Positions 46,101 through 61,886 of a stretch of 64,000 bases of DNA are shown here, piece after piece. Origin of the DNA: Auanema rhodensis. Its lineage: Eukaryota > Animalia > Nematoda. Under the pieces are notes generated by a model, which saw nothing but the letters and a program-made list of their open reading frames with translations, had not been told where the DNA came from and ran no database searches. The position numbers were made by a program, and so were the translations under genes. The stretch is from the NCBI GenBank assembly GCA_964057225.1, contig OZ059894.1, positions 17,546,001 to 17,610,000 of the forward strand, written 5' to 3'. How positions within the stretch are numbered: the first letter of the stretch is position 1; each line of letters begins with the position of its first letter.

Positions 46101-47930
46101 CTGATTTATGACAACTTTAATCCAACTATTGAACAAGTGGCATTTCTAACAGTACAGATGCGATGTGCGGTTGTTCATAGTTTTATTTTTAAATTTATCT
46201 TTAGATTTCATAGTTATCTTACTGATTTACATTTTTTTTTAATTTTTATGAGACGTAACTGATTGATCAGAAGTCTTTTGTGGCTTTATCCCACAAGTTT
46301 CCCACATTCGTCATAGTGCTTCCGACCAGAAGTATTAGAACGTAGACCGAGTGCAGCCTTATTTCAAAAGAAAACGAGTCAGCTTAGAGAAAGTGTGAAC
46401 GAGTAGAGAGGTAAAGCGAGTATGGCGAAAAAGTCGTTAAAAGGGTTCAAAAGAGAAGATTGGAAGTGCTAAAAGAATAGAAATGAAGAGAGTTCTTCTA
46501 TAGCAGTCAAAGCCAATTTTCGAGTTTTTGTCAGATTTATTCGAAACAATACAACATTTCACCCTATCATACTATATGGATGCTTTATGTTTAATAGCAA
46601 GTTATAAAAAAAAATAATTTAATGACAAATAGATTTAGAATTTCTTTGATTTTAATTAATTCAACTAGTTTTAGTGTGTATTTTCATAAAATTCAATATT
46701 ATTCTATAGCATTAACTTTAAATAAAATGTATTTTAAAATGAATAAAGTCATATAGTTGAAAGCGGATAAAAATTATTGAAGAGACAGCAGTTATACTGT
46801 GAGAGACTTAGACAGATAAAGATGAGCCATCAGAAGGGTTGTAGATTGAAGAGCATCAAGACAGCCTCTTTCAATTCATTACTTTTTCCCTCAAATTTAT
46901 CATTCACCATTCTTCCCCGAGGCATTTCCTTGTTCAACTATCGGGTACTATTCACATCTTGCTTAAGTACCGCGTTCGTTAGACAACAGACGCTCTGCCT
47001 GTTACATATTTCTTATGTAGGCGTCGGCATCGTCGTCATACTCTTCGGAATCCCCACGTGTATTGAATGTTCTATATACCCTGAAGCAATAACTTGTTGT
47101 TGACCCCCACGAGATTTATTGCTCAGCATTGATATGCCTGAAGCCAAATGAATTCCCTGTAGTTGGTGAAGATTAAGTAGTCGAAAGGCTGAAAACACTA
47201 TTCGTATTTCAGAACTTTTCGTTCGAATCAAAGTAGCCGAACTAAATGGAAGGCTTGCATGAGAATAAGAAGCTATATCTATCGGAACATTTTTTCCCAT
47301 TGCAATGTAGAACAGATGGTTCAAAGAAAGAAATATTAGAGATAAGTATATATATATATATAGAAAGAGAGAGAAAGAAAAAAAAGAGGAAAAAGGGAGA
47401 CAGTTAAACACATTGTCATGGGCAACTCTAGTTTATTTGCTATTCGACATCGAAAAAAATCGAATGAACCTCTGTATTCATGTGTTTATTAAAAGAAAAA
47501 TATTGTTTGAACCATTGAAGTCTAATTAAATTTTTCAACCTTTATTCAAACTGTTTATTCTTTTCAACCAAATATTCGAAAGAATTGTTGTGCTTCTGAT
47601 CTCAACGTCTTAAACCACTCTCCATTCCATCCCCCCCCTTCATCATTTTCTTCACTCATTTCTTGAAAATCTTTGTATAAACCTGGAAACTTTCTCAAAA
47701 TCTATTTTGGTTTCTCTACTTTACTAACTAATTGTATACTGAATATTTAAAGAAAATGAAGAAGAATTTAATTAGTCCACATTTTGTGGATCGTATTTGA
47801 TTATCGTTGAAAACTTCTTGGTTTTCTTTTACTTATTTACCATATCTCGAATGAGACACACAATGAAATATGTGTTTCAATGTTAAGTAAGAGTGATTAG
47901 ATTTCAAATAGAAACCGCATATTGAAAAAT

Positions 47931-47972
47931 AGAGAGAGAGAGAGTGAGAGAGAGACAGAAAGAGAGAGAGAG
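47931..47972. repeat. (GA)n microsatellite, imperfect
   Basis: GA run with few interruptions. Confidence 0.85.
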
Positions 47973-48169
47973 AAAGAAAAATATGTAGAAGAACAGGAAG
48001 AACATTACTTCAGGGTGTCAAATCCACATGGGTACTATCCCATGGGATCACTCGAAGTGAAAAGGATTGAGGGTCAGTACAACAAATGAAAAGAATAGAA
48101 TTTGCATTCAACTCGTATGGACCAGCGTTCACACACTTTTCCTTTTTCTATTTAAGCAAATCTCTACGA

Positions 48170-48177
48170 TCTCTCTT

Positions 48178-48225
<48 letters not shown>
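48170..48225. repeat. (TC)n microsatellite, imperfect
   Basis: TC run with few interruptions. Confidence 0.9.
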
Positions 48226-48228
<3 letters not shown>

Positions 48229-50190
48229 TATTCTTTCAAGTATATACAAGTATGAATACATAGTTGTGTCATCTTGTTCTTCTTACTTGTTACTTTCCTG
48301 ATTCTATTTTATCAGATTTCTTGATAATTGTACTTACACATCTCATTTTGTCTCAAATATCTTTAAAGCTTCTGAAGAATCTCTGATTCTTTATAATTGA
48401 ATTTTTGAAATCATACGACTTAATCATACTGTATATTTGAAAGCTTGTTTTACCCATATAAAGCCATGAATATATTTTTTCTTTGAAGCTTCATTTCTCT
48501 CTCTCTCTCCTTTCTTTTTTTCTTTTCACACGTTCTTAGAAATTACTAAGTTTTTTTCTTGTAAAGTTGTCTCTTTTAAGCTTAAAATATTCTTTAGAAT
48601 AATAATTTCAACTATTTTTTTATGTTTAACCAATGAATTCATTAGCTTTTTACAATTGTTTGTGCTTTCTTTTATCGAGATAAAAGTTATATCCGCAGGA
48701 GGCAAATGAAGAATGTTGTCCGATGAATCTGAATCTAATCTAATCAAAGGACCCGAAATTCGTTAAGACAATTCCTGGTCCTCCTCCAACCAGAGTATGG
48801 CTCCATTCATCGTCAGACTGATGACATTTCTTTTGAGCTTTCAGATACTCAACATCTTCATCTCTCTTTCATTCTCTTTTAGATTCCTCTCATAGCGTGA
48901 ACGTTGTTCAAGAAGTACCTTTCAGAAGACCGATGAGTAACCTATAATCAGAGATTAACACTCACTTATCTACTTTCATTATATTATAATTAAAATAGTT
49001 TCACCAAAAAAATATTCCAAAAAGAAGTTTGAAGAAAAAAATAATTTTGTCAAGTTTTCCGACTTTTCAATGTCAATTCTATAGCTGAGGTTCAGTAGAG
49101 CAGTCAGATTGTGAGCCGTACAAGTGAATTAAGTAGTATGAGAGTTTCGACGAGTTTCGTAAGGCTCCACCCCGGAAAGGAAAGATTCCTTCAGAAAGAT
49201 TAGTTTTCTTTATTTCCAAGTTTAAACTGAAAGTACTTGTCTTATCAATAAAGTAACTTATTCTGTGATTGCTCAATCTCTTCGTTTGTGGTCATCTTCC
49301 TCAAGCTGAAACATCATGTGACGTACCATTTCATGGATGTATCATATTCACTTTTTATGGTTTTTGAACTATTTGTTCATAATATTATATAAAAAGATTA
49401 AAAAAACAACAAGATGGGCATATTGTAAGAAGCTTCATAGATGTCTTGTGTATTGGGATGTATATGACGAGTCTTTCTTATTCTTGATTAACCAAGCTAC
49501 AATTCCCTTTTAATCAAAACATTTTAAACCACGTGCATCATAAAAGCAATTTTCTCTCAGAAATTGTGCGTTTCAATCTGAAAATTGAAAAAAAAAGTTC
49601 AAAACCGAACCATAAATTCATTTGAGAGTTCAAGATTGATCATACTGATCTGAATTAAAGAAGTATCTTATTTGAATGAACATTTATTTATGCAGTTTTT
49701 CTTCTTTCACAGATTTATCTATCTCTTCATGTGTCTGCCATTTATTGTCTCTTTAGCAATTGAATTTAGACGACATCCGACTGCGAAAAGAGATGAAACA
49801 TGTCTCATTTCAACTGCTATTCTATTCTTTTCAGGCCATCTGACACATTTAGTTATGCTTAGATTTACTTGTTTTTTTTGTTGCTTTGTTAGTATAAACA
49901 ATATATTCAGTTTGACTTTCTTCCTTTTTTTCTTTAAATTATTCTATAATTTCACCGATTTTATATGTTCCTCCACTTCAAAAATCTGGGTAGTTACTTT
50001 CAGAAGAAAGTTTGGATGTCTCACATCCAAATTATCTTCACTTACCAGTTTTTACTATAAATTTCATTTTCACAATGACCACTTGAATTTTCGGATTTTT
50101 TTCCTCTTTTCCTCATTTCTTCGTATATATGTGTTTTAAAGAATTATTTTAAATCATTTATTTATTCTATTTCAGCCTAATGAAGTGTCG

Positions 50191-53100
50191 ATGTGGCTAG
50201 TATGGCTGTGCTTTGCGATGGGATCAGCTCTCGCTTACATCGAGGAGCCATACCAAAATCCATATAGACGTATGTTTAGCTAGTTAGCATAAAATATATT
50301 TAAAATAATTTTATAATTCTATTGTATATATGAAGTTATAAGTTTCCTTTAACACGAGAGACATGTCATAGTTTGAAATTAAAATCATGAAAGATGTAAA
50401 ATAGAAAAGATCATGAAGTACAAATGAATGTATGGACTTCTTGTTCTTCTTCCCGGTAGCACATCTTCTTGCTCGAGCACTTGAAGTAGAGCTCTTCTGC
50501 TCTTCTTTGACCTATTGTCTTAAACTCTCTTCACAATTTCAATCATTTGTTCTTTTTACTTTCATAACTTTCAATATGCTTTTCATTTCTATATAATCTT
50601 TCAAATTCATTTTATGTTTCTACATCATATTCTACATAGATGTTTATGAAAATATTTTATTTCATTCATTTTCTTCTGTCTGCTATGTGTAATCTGCTTC
50701 TGTAATTCAGAATCCTCTAACTTTTTCTGTTCAATTTATGAATTTCTTATCCATTGACATGCATTCCTCGACGTAACTTAAGTTTCTTTGCAACTTCGCT
50801 ATCTGAATTGAAAAAAAAACTTTCAAGTTTTCTAAAACTAATTTCCTTTCCAGCTAACTTCAGGTTTCTACGCAGATTTACAAATTTTTGGTTATTTATT
50901 GGTATTGTTGATTTTGAATGAAAAATAAAAGAAAATAGTCCTATTACCTTGTACGAGAATCTCGTTAAAACGTGTCCTTAGATACAAAAAGAAAAAGCTT
51001 TTTTTATGTTTTTGTCCTTTTTAGAGCTTCTTCTCAATGGACCTTTCAATTGTACAGACGTTTTTTTCTATTTTTCTTAATGATCATCGTACAGCATTTA
51101 AGAATGAACGGCCAGAAAAAAGCTAAAAAGCAAAAAAAAAAATAACGAAAATTGGAAAAGCTAAAGCATTAGTTTGAATCATTTTTCTTAAAAATCATTT
51201 TAATTATAATTATAAAATCAATTTGTTCTGATTTATATTTATTTATTGAATAATGAATTATCGGAACAATTGTTCATTAGGATCTTCTTTAAGATTTGGA
51301 TATAAGATAAGAAGTTACTATTGTAAAGTCACCGTTGAAAATTGCTCATTTCTTCCTCTTTTTTTCACTTATATACACACATATATTCTTCTATCTTTTC
51401 CTAAAGTACTTAGTTGTTTCATTTTCTTTTGTATATTCCTTTCCTTTAAAATTTCCGAATGATTTTCTATATATTACATCTTTGTGTGTGAATCTTTTGA
51501 ATGAAATTTAGATGAAAATTAATGAAATCATTGTTGTATTCACGATCCAGACGACCAAATTGTTGTCACCTTCCAGAAGCCTGAAAGCGTTGGGTGTCTG
51601 ACTTCATCCTTTATTCGCCGTCATTCAGCTGTCGAAAGCTGGAGCTCTTCAATCATTTGTTTTAGATAGATTTCTCCAATTTTCTTTTACACTTGCACAC
51701 TGAAGCTTTTATCCTCTCATGCTTTCGGACAGGTGATTGGAAACTCTGTCCTCTTCATTGTGTCATCATTTTCACACCTCTCTTTTCAACCATCATCGTC
51801 ATCATCATATTCAATCATTCTCTCTTTCTCTCTTGTAATTTCAGCTCAGAACCTTACTCTCCTCATATCTTTCTCTTTCTCTATAGGTATATGTCCTCCT
51901 TATCTCTCTTTCTATTTCTTTTCCAATCTATAATCATTTAACATGTTCTATTTTGCTTGAAAATTTCAAGCGAACAATTTTTGAAATTCGTATATACTAT
52001 GTTATCTTCAATTTGTCTACTTGATTTTTCTTATTTCACTACGTTCTATACTATTTTTATTAAAATCATCTTATACATTTTTATTTGGCATTCCTAGTTC
52101 TATTCATTTATGGAAATCCTTCTGTCTATCCCATTCCATCATTGCCTCAGGATATAGAAGGTATAAAGTCTCGTGGGTAAACGCCCAGCCAATACCATAC
52201 TGAGCTTAGCCTGAGGCAGAGGATGCCAACTACGTCGTCTTCAGTTGTTCGTAATTCACCCAACCAAACGGCTCTGTCTTTTCTTCCTCCTTTTCTTTTT
52301 CTTATTCTTCAATATCCATCATCATCACCCTTTATTTCAAGCCGACCGTACAGCAACACATCGTTTCTAGTGCCGATGTGCATGTGTCCTTCCGATTCCT
52401 GAGAAAAATGATGACAGCCATCTGTACTCTCCAGCTAAATTGGGTCCATCGGGAATCAAGCTGGAACTATTTACTAAATTAGGAAATACGTTCTTCCTTG
52501 TTTTTCTTATATAGCAATCATGTAAAGTCAAAATGATTTTATAGCATATATCTCTTAAATAATCTAGTAAACCTATTTTAGAATCTAAAATAAAAAAAGT
52601 TTCCTGACCATCAGCTTCAAAGCTTTTCTCCCAAAAAAAGGAGTAATTGCCAAATATCCGTCTTTCTTTCCCTTTGCTAACACTATAATTCAACTCAGAT
52701 ATGAGTTTCTTCTATTAAATCTAATTCGAACTTCTTCTATTTCTTTTTCCTCACATTATTTTGTTTCTGACAATGCAATCAAATTGCCTTATTGTCTTTT
52801 GCATCTTCTTGGCTCCCTGTTCTCCACCAAATTTACGGATTTAGCCGATCCTTCTTGCTTTTCTTCTGTTTATTTCATCATTCATAGATTTCTTCGATAT
52901 TATATTCCAGTTCTTATGTTTTAAAACATTTTTTCAAAGAAACAAAAACAACAACAAACGATTTGCTCTTTATTAAGTGACTTCATTGTCGTCCAGTTTA
53001 CATGGACAATTAGAGACATGTGTGGTCATGACTATTATTGTCTTCGTGCTTTTCCTTCTAGGACCTGTAATAGCGTCTGTTAACCGTCCATATACCATAT

Positions 53101-54159
53101 ATGATGGTACAATAACTAAAAGCGGTAAATAATCATAAAATATACTAAAAATTATTTTATTATTTCCAAAAAAAATAATTTTAAAGAAAAAATTGAGAAT
53201 TTTCAATTGATTAAAGATTTTGTTTATATGTTATGTCATTCAAACAAAACAACAATTATCTGAAATAAATGTGTAAAATTCAAGTAAACTTGTTGAGAAA
53301 ATTCAAAAGTATTTTGATGAAAATTATATTTTTTCTATTTTTTCAGATACAGCTCGTTGTTTCTCATGTATGTCTAAATTATATGAAGCGGTTTGGCCAG
53401 CATTATCTCATATTTATAAAAAACCGAAGAATTTCACTGGTAAGATTTTTCTTTTTTAAGAATTAATATTTAAAAAATATAATATTTTTGACATTTGATT
53501 TTACTTTTAAATGACTAAAATGATGATTTTGTATATTACGAGAATGAGAAGACATTTTTTCTGCTTTAAAAATCCAATAAAGAAAAGCATAAAATTGGAT
53601 AATAAACTAGAAATGTTCAATTTTGGATTTTTTTTAAAGACGACTGTGATGATGAGCATCTAATGGATGGTCGTGTAGATGTTGTACATTGCTCAACAAT
53701 ATGTGTTTCTATGTATGAACAACCTAATATAGCAGGTAAATACATTAAATATATCATATAATTAATTTTCTTATCATAAAGGTGTCCGAATAAGAGGACA
53801 TATACGAGGTTGTATGAGTGAAGTTCTTTTAAATGGTTTTAATACTACTATTGTCAATTGGTATCGTTGGATGCATAGGGATTCCTGTAGACCATATAGG
53901 TACGTATCATACTATAAGTATATTTTCAAATTATTTTAATTTAAAAATTATATATTATACATATAATTAAAGATTTATTGATTCATTTCATTATAGGAAA
54001 AAAGATCTCTTCAAACTAACTGATCAGACAAATGATGATTCAACTATTGATGTCTGCACTTGCTATTCAGATTATTGCAATGGTAATTCATCATCCGTAT
54101 ATTCATTTCCTTTTCTATTTCTTATTTCTTTAATAATATATCGAAGTTCATGGAGCTAA
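50191..54159 (+). CDS. Ly-6-related GPI-anchored protein, ODR-2/HOT family
   Basis: RCFSCMSKLYEAVW..IYKKPKNFTDDC, HCSTICV, GHIRGCM, VCTCYSDYCN, NSS plus hydrophobic GPI tail; signal exon 50191-50269. Confidence 0.9.
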
Positions 54160-54626
54160 TAGAAGTTTTATCTCGATATTCGTAGATGTTGCTCATCTTC
54201 TATGTCAATTCTGTGTTTTTTCAATTTTTATTTTGCTTTATTCTTATTTCATCTATAATAAGTAATATCTTTTAAAACATTTTCAATATTTCTTTCTTTT
54301 TCCTTGAAAATTTGATTAATCAAATTATCTTTTTTTTCCATAGTAATACGGGTTCATACAAATTTATGTATTCTTTATACGTGAAAATATGTTTTTTTTC
54401 CTGTTTAAACATTTGTCTCAAAGCTATATGATGCTCAAGATATGGATAGTTTATTCAATTTCTTATGTTATATAGATAAACTATCATTTATTTATATTAT
54501 TATGTAATATTATATAAAAATAATAATTAAAACAAATGATATAAGTTTATAAAAAAAAACAAATATTTTATACAAATATAAATACATTAAAGGCACTTTT
54601 CAATTTTAAAATAAAACAAATTCAAT

Positions 54627-56553
54627 TTAGTATATTGGGCCACCATATTTCTGTTGTTCGTCATGTTGATCTCCTAAAATATAAAAAGATGATTTGTTAC
54701 TTATCAAATTTGAAAACAGACTTGTTGTTTTCAAAGCCCTTAACAGGTAAAAATGAACTATTAACGATAATAGAGTCACAGTTATTACAAGAGAAATAGA
54801 TAAAGCTAAAGATATTTTTGAAATACAAATACTCTCTGGATTTTCTATTTCATTAAGATTAGAAATTCCAGGTTGACCCAATCCTCTTGTAGGTGAAATT
54901 ATTTCAGATTGACCTTAATTATAATTAAATTTGTATTTTAATTATATTATATAAATTACCTTTATAAGGTATATCAAGTATATCAACTGAAGGTGCTGAA
55001 ACATCTAATTCAATATTATGATGTTTAAGATCACGTGCTTGTCTATATCTGAAAAAATATTTTTTCAATATTAGATGAAAAATTCGAATTATAACCGATT
55101 TTTCATAGTTTTTGCTTCATTTTTCATAATTTCTTTAGTGAAATCATCATTTTCCTATAAAAATAATTAAAATATTTGAATAAGTGCTGTAAATCAGTTT
55201 TACTTCTGGATCATCTGGTAGAGCTGATGGTGGTCTTGGAAAATCTGATGTTATCTCATTAGAGTAGTCATCACAGTAATTTTGTGGAATCTACAAAAAA
55301 AACCAACAAAATATTTTAAGAAATGCCCTTTTTTATGAATAAAAATGAATTTTTTTATATTTTAATACTTACAGGACATTCAGAATTTGGATCTTCTTTA
55401 ACATATAATCGTATCATACATGAGAAATAGACTGTAGGTTGATCAGCAAATTTGAAAACACTTGAAAGTTGTCCAGCACTCAATTCAGTTGAAGAATAAT
55501 TAAGATTATGTAGCAAAAATTCATCTAAGCTACATCTATAATTATAAATAATTAATTATATTTTGAAAGATATATCTTGTTTACCCCCGTTCATCTAATA
55601 ACATTTGAGTAATTCCTTGTCCATTATCAGCTGTACATGAATGAACTGTCATACAATACATATTTTCCATTCGTCTAACATTACAAGTCCATCTGAAAAT
55701 TATTGTTTTTCCTTATAAACTATATCATTTAAATATTTATTTACTTATGATAAACATCTTCACCAACAGTAGCATATTTGACAGCACGGCCATTAGAACC
55801 TCCTGTTAAAACCTTTCAAAAGTTTGAATTTTTATATGAAATTTTGAAAAAAAAATTAAATTACTTCATATTTACATGTTGGAACATGTTCTTCATCTAA
55901 TTGTTCACTATTTTGTGGTAATTCAGTTGGTGCAATAGTACTATAAACAAGAAATAAACAAGAAATAAACAAATAAAAATGTTTGAAACTTACCTAACAT
56001 CCAAACTTTTTGTTACTTCTAAATCAGATTCTGTATATTGACATTGAACTTTGAATGATCGATCATCTTTAGTAAGAAATACTTGATGAAACATTAGAAT
56101 AACAGTAGTTTCAAGAAGAATTCCTGGAGGATTTAACTATAAGAAAATAGAAAATAAAAAAATAATTATATGAATAAGGAAACCGTTCTGTGTCTACGTA
56201 TACCACAATCAGAAATAGGCGTCGATAGAGATACCATATAAGATGAATTGAGGTTTATACTTCGATTAGTTTTACAATCATCATGATCATAATAACCCTA
56301 AGAAACATAATTAACTTAACAAGCATATTTAACAAACTTTAGTATAAACTTGTCCATGAAAAGGCTTAGTGGTTGCAATCATGATGTCAATTGTATGAAC
56401 ACCACAAGCAACAGTTGGTAAACCTTAAGAAGAAAATGAAATAATTTAAAAAAATGAAAGATACATACCAACAACATCATTATTTTCATGAATAGTTTTC
56501 ATAAAACATTGAATAGAAGATATTGAAAATATTAAAATAATTAATAATTTCAT
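54627..56553 (-). CDS. Cuticlin-like ZP-domain protein with C-terminal TM
   Basis: Signal MKLLIILIF; GLPTVAC, TTKPFHGQVYTKG, CGIRRHR, VILMFH..FLTK.DRSFKVQC.Y, PTCKYEV, YCMTVHSC, LLDERGCSLD, VFKFAD; RQAR furin-like site; TM. Confidence 0.93.
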
Positions 56554-57247
56554 TTGATTTTCAGGAAATGTCTTGAATCCACCAACTCTTACGAGAAACT
56601 GAAACTGAAACTGAAGTGGAAAGTAACAGTTTGTTAAAGACTGGTATTATAAGTGAAAAACGAGAATATGTTGTCACGAATTTACATGTAAAGCAAACAG
56701 ATTGTTAGGATGAACGGGAGTAGCCATGCCTGTGGCTACTACATAGGCGGATTCACCTATCCGTTAGCCATCTCTCTTCTACATCTCATTCTTTCTCCAA
56801 ATCTACCTCATTGGTTTGCTGTTTGTATAGCTGTTGAATAGTGGATAGTAGAAAATCTTATAAAAAGTTAGAAACAGAGAAGAAATTGGAAAATCAAGGC
56901 GAGTACAATCCGCATCCGACGATCCTATGATGATGACAGCAGTACAGTAATTAGCAGGTTTTGTGACTGTAGAGAGAATCTTCATGTTACAAATTGTCCA
57001 GCGGAAGGTACTTGAATCCAGCAAAATGACGAAATTTGGTGAAAATCTTTAAATTTTAAGCATCATCCAGGCTAATCATCTAATATACAAGAAATTCTAG
57101 TTAAATTAGATTTGTACTTGAAGCTGCATGAAGGTTCAGCAGGATATAGGATGGTCATTTGATTTTTCAAACAAATAAAACTTGAAAAAGATGTCATTCA
57201 ATAAAAGAAAAATATTCAATTCAATAATATTCATTTTGAAAGAATAA

Positions 57248-61644
<4,397 letters not shown>

Positions 61645-61845
61645 TTTCTAAATATTTTAATTATAATTTTAAATTTTTATTATAATAACTATATATTGTA
61701 AAGAATATAATTAGTTGAAAATTATATTTTTGAACAAAGGAAATCACCTAATTTAGTGAGTTCGTGCTTAAAGACTGATGAAAAACCTCTGATATCAGTA
61801 AGCTATAAACGTTTTCATATGATCACCAATTAAAAAGTGAGAATA

Positions 61846-61886
61846 ACTGATAAATTCCTTGATAAATACATACATTGATATGATAA
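61846..61886. promoter_or_regulatory. Cluster of three TGATAA (GATA/ELT-2-type) sites upstream of the GH31 homologue
   Basis: ACTGATAA 61846-61853, TTGATAA 61859-61865, ATGATAA 61880-61886, 200-240 bp upstream of the ATG. Confidence 0.55.

Noticed and set aside
46777-47411. Overlapping 108-aa (+) and 132-aa (-) ORFs
   Set aside because: No recognisable domain, partly microsatellite-derived, and no convincing splice partners.
49672-50139. 155-aa Phe-rich ORF
   Set aside because: Translation of a T-rich outron-like sequence upstream of the HOT first exon; non-ATG start.
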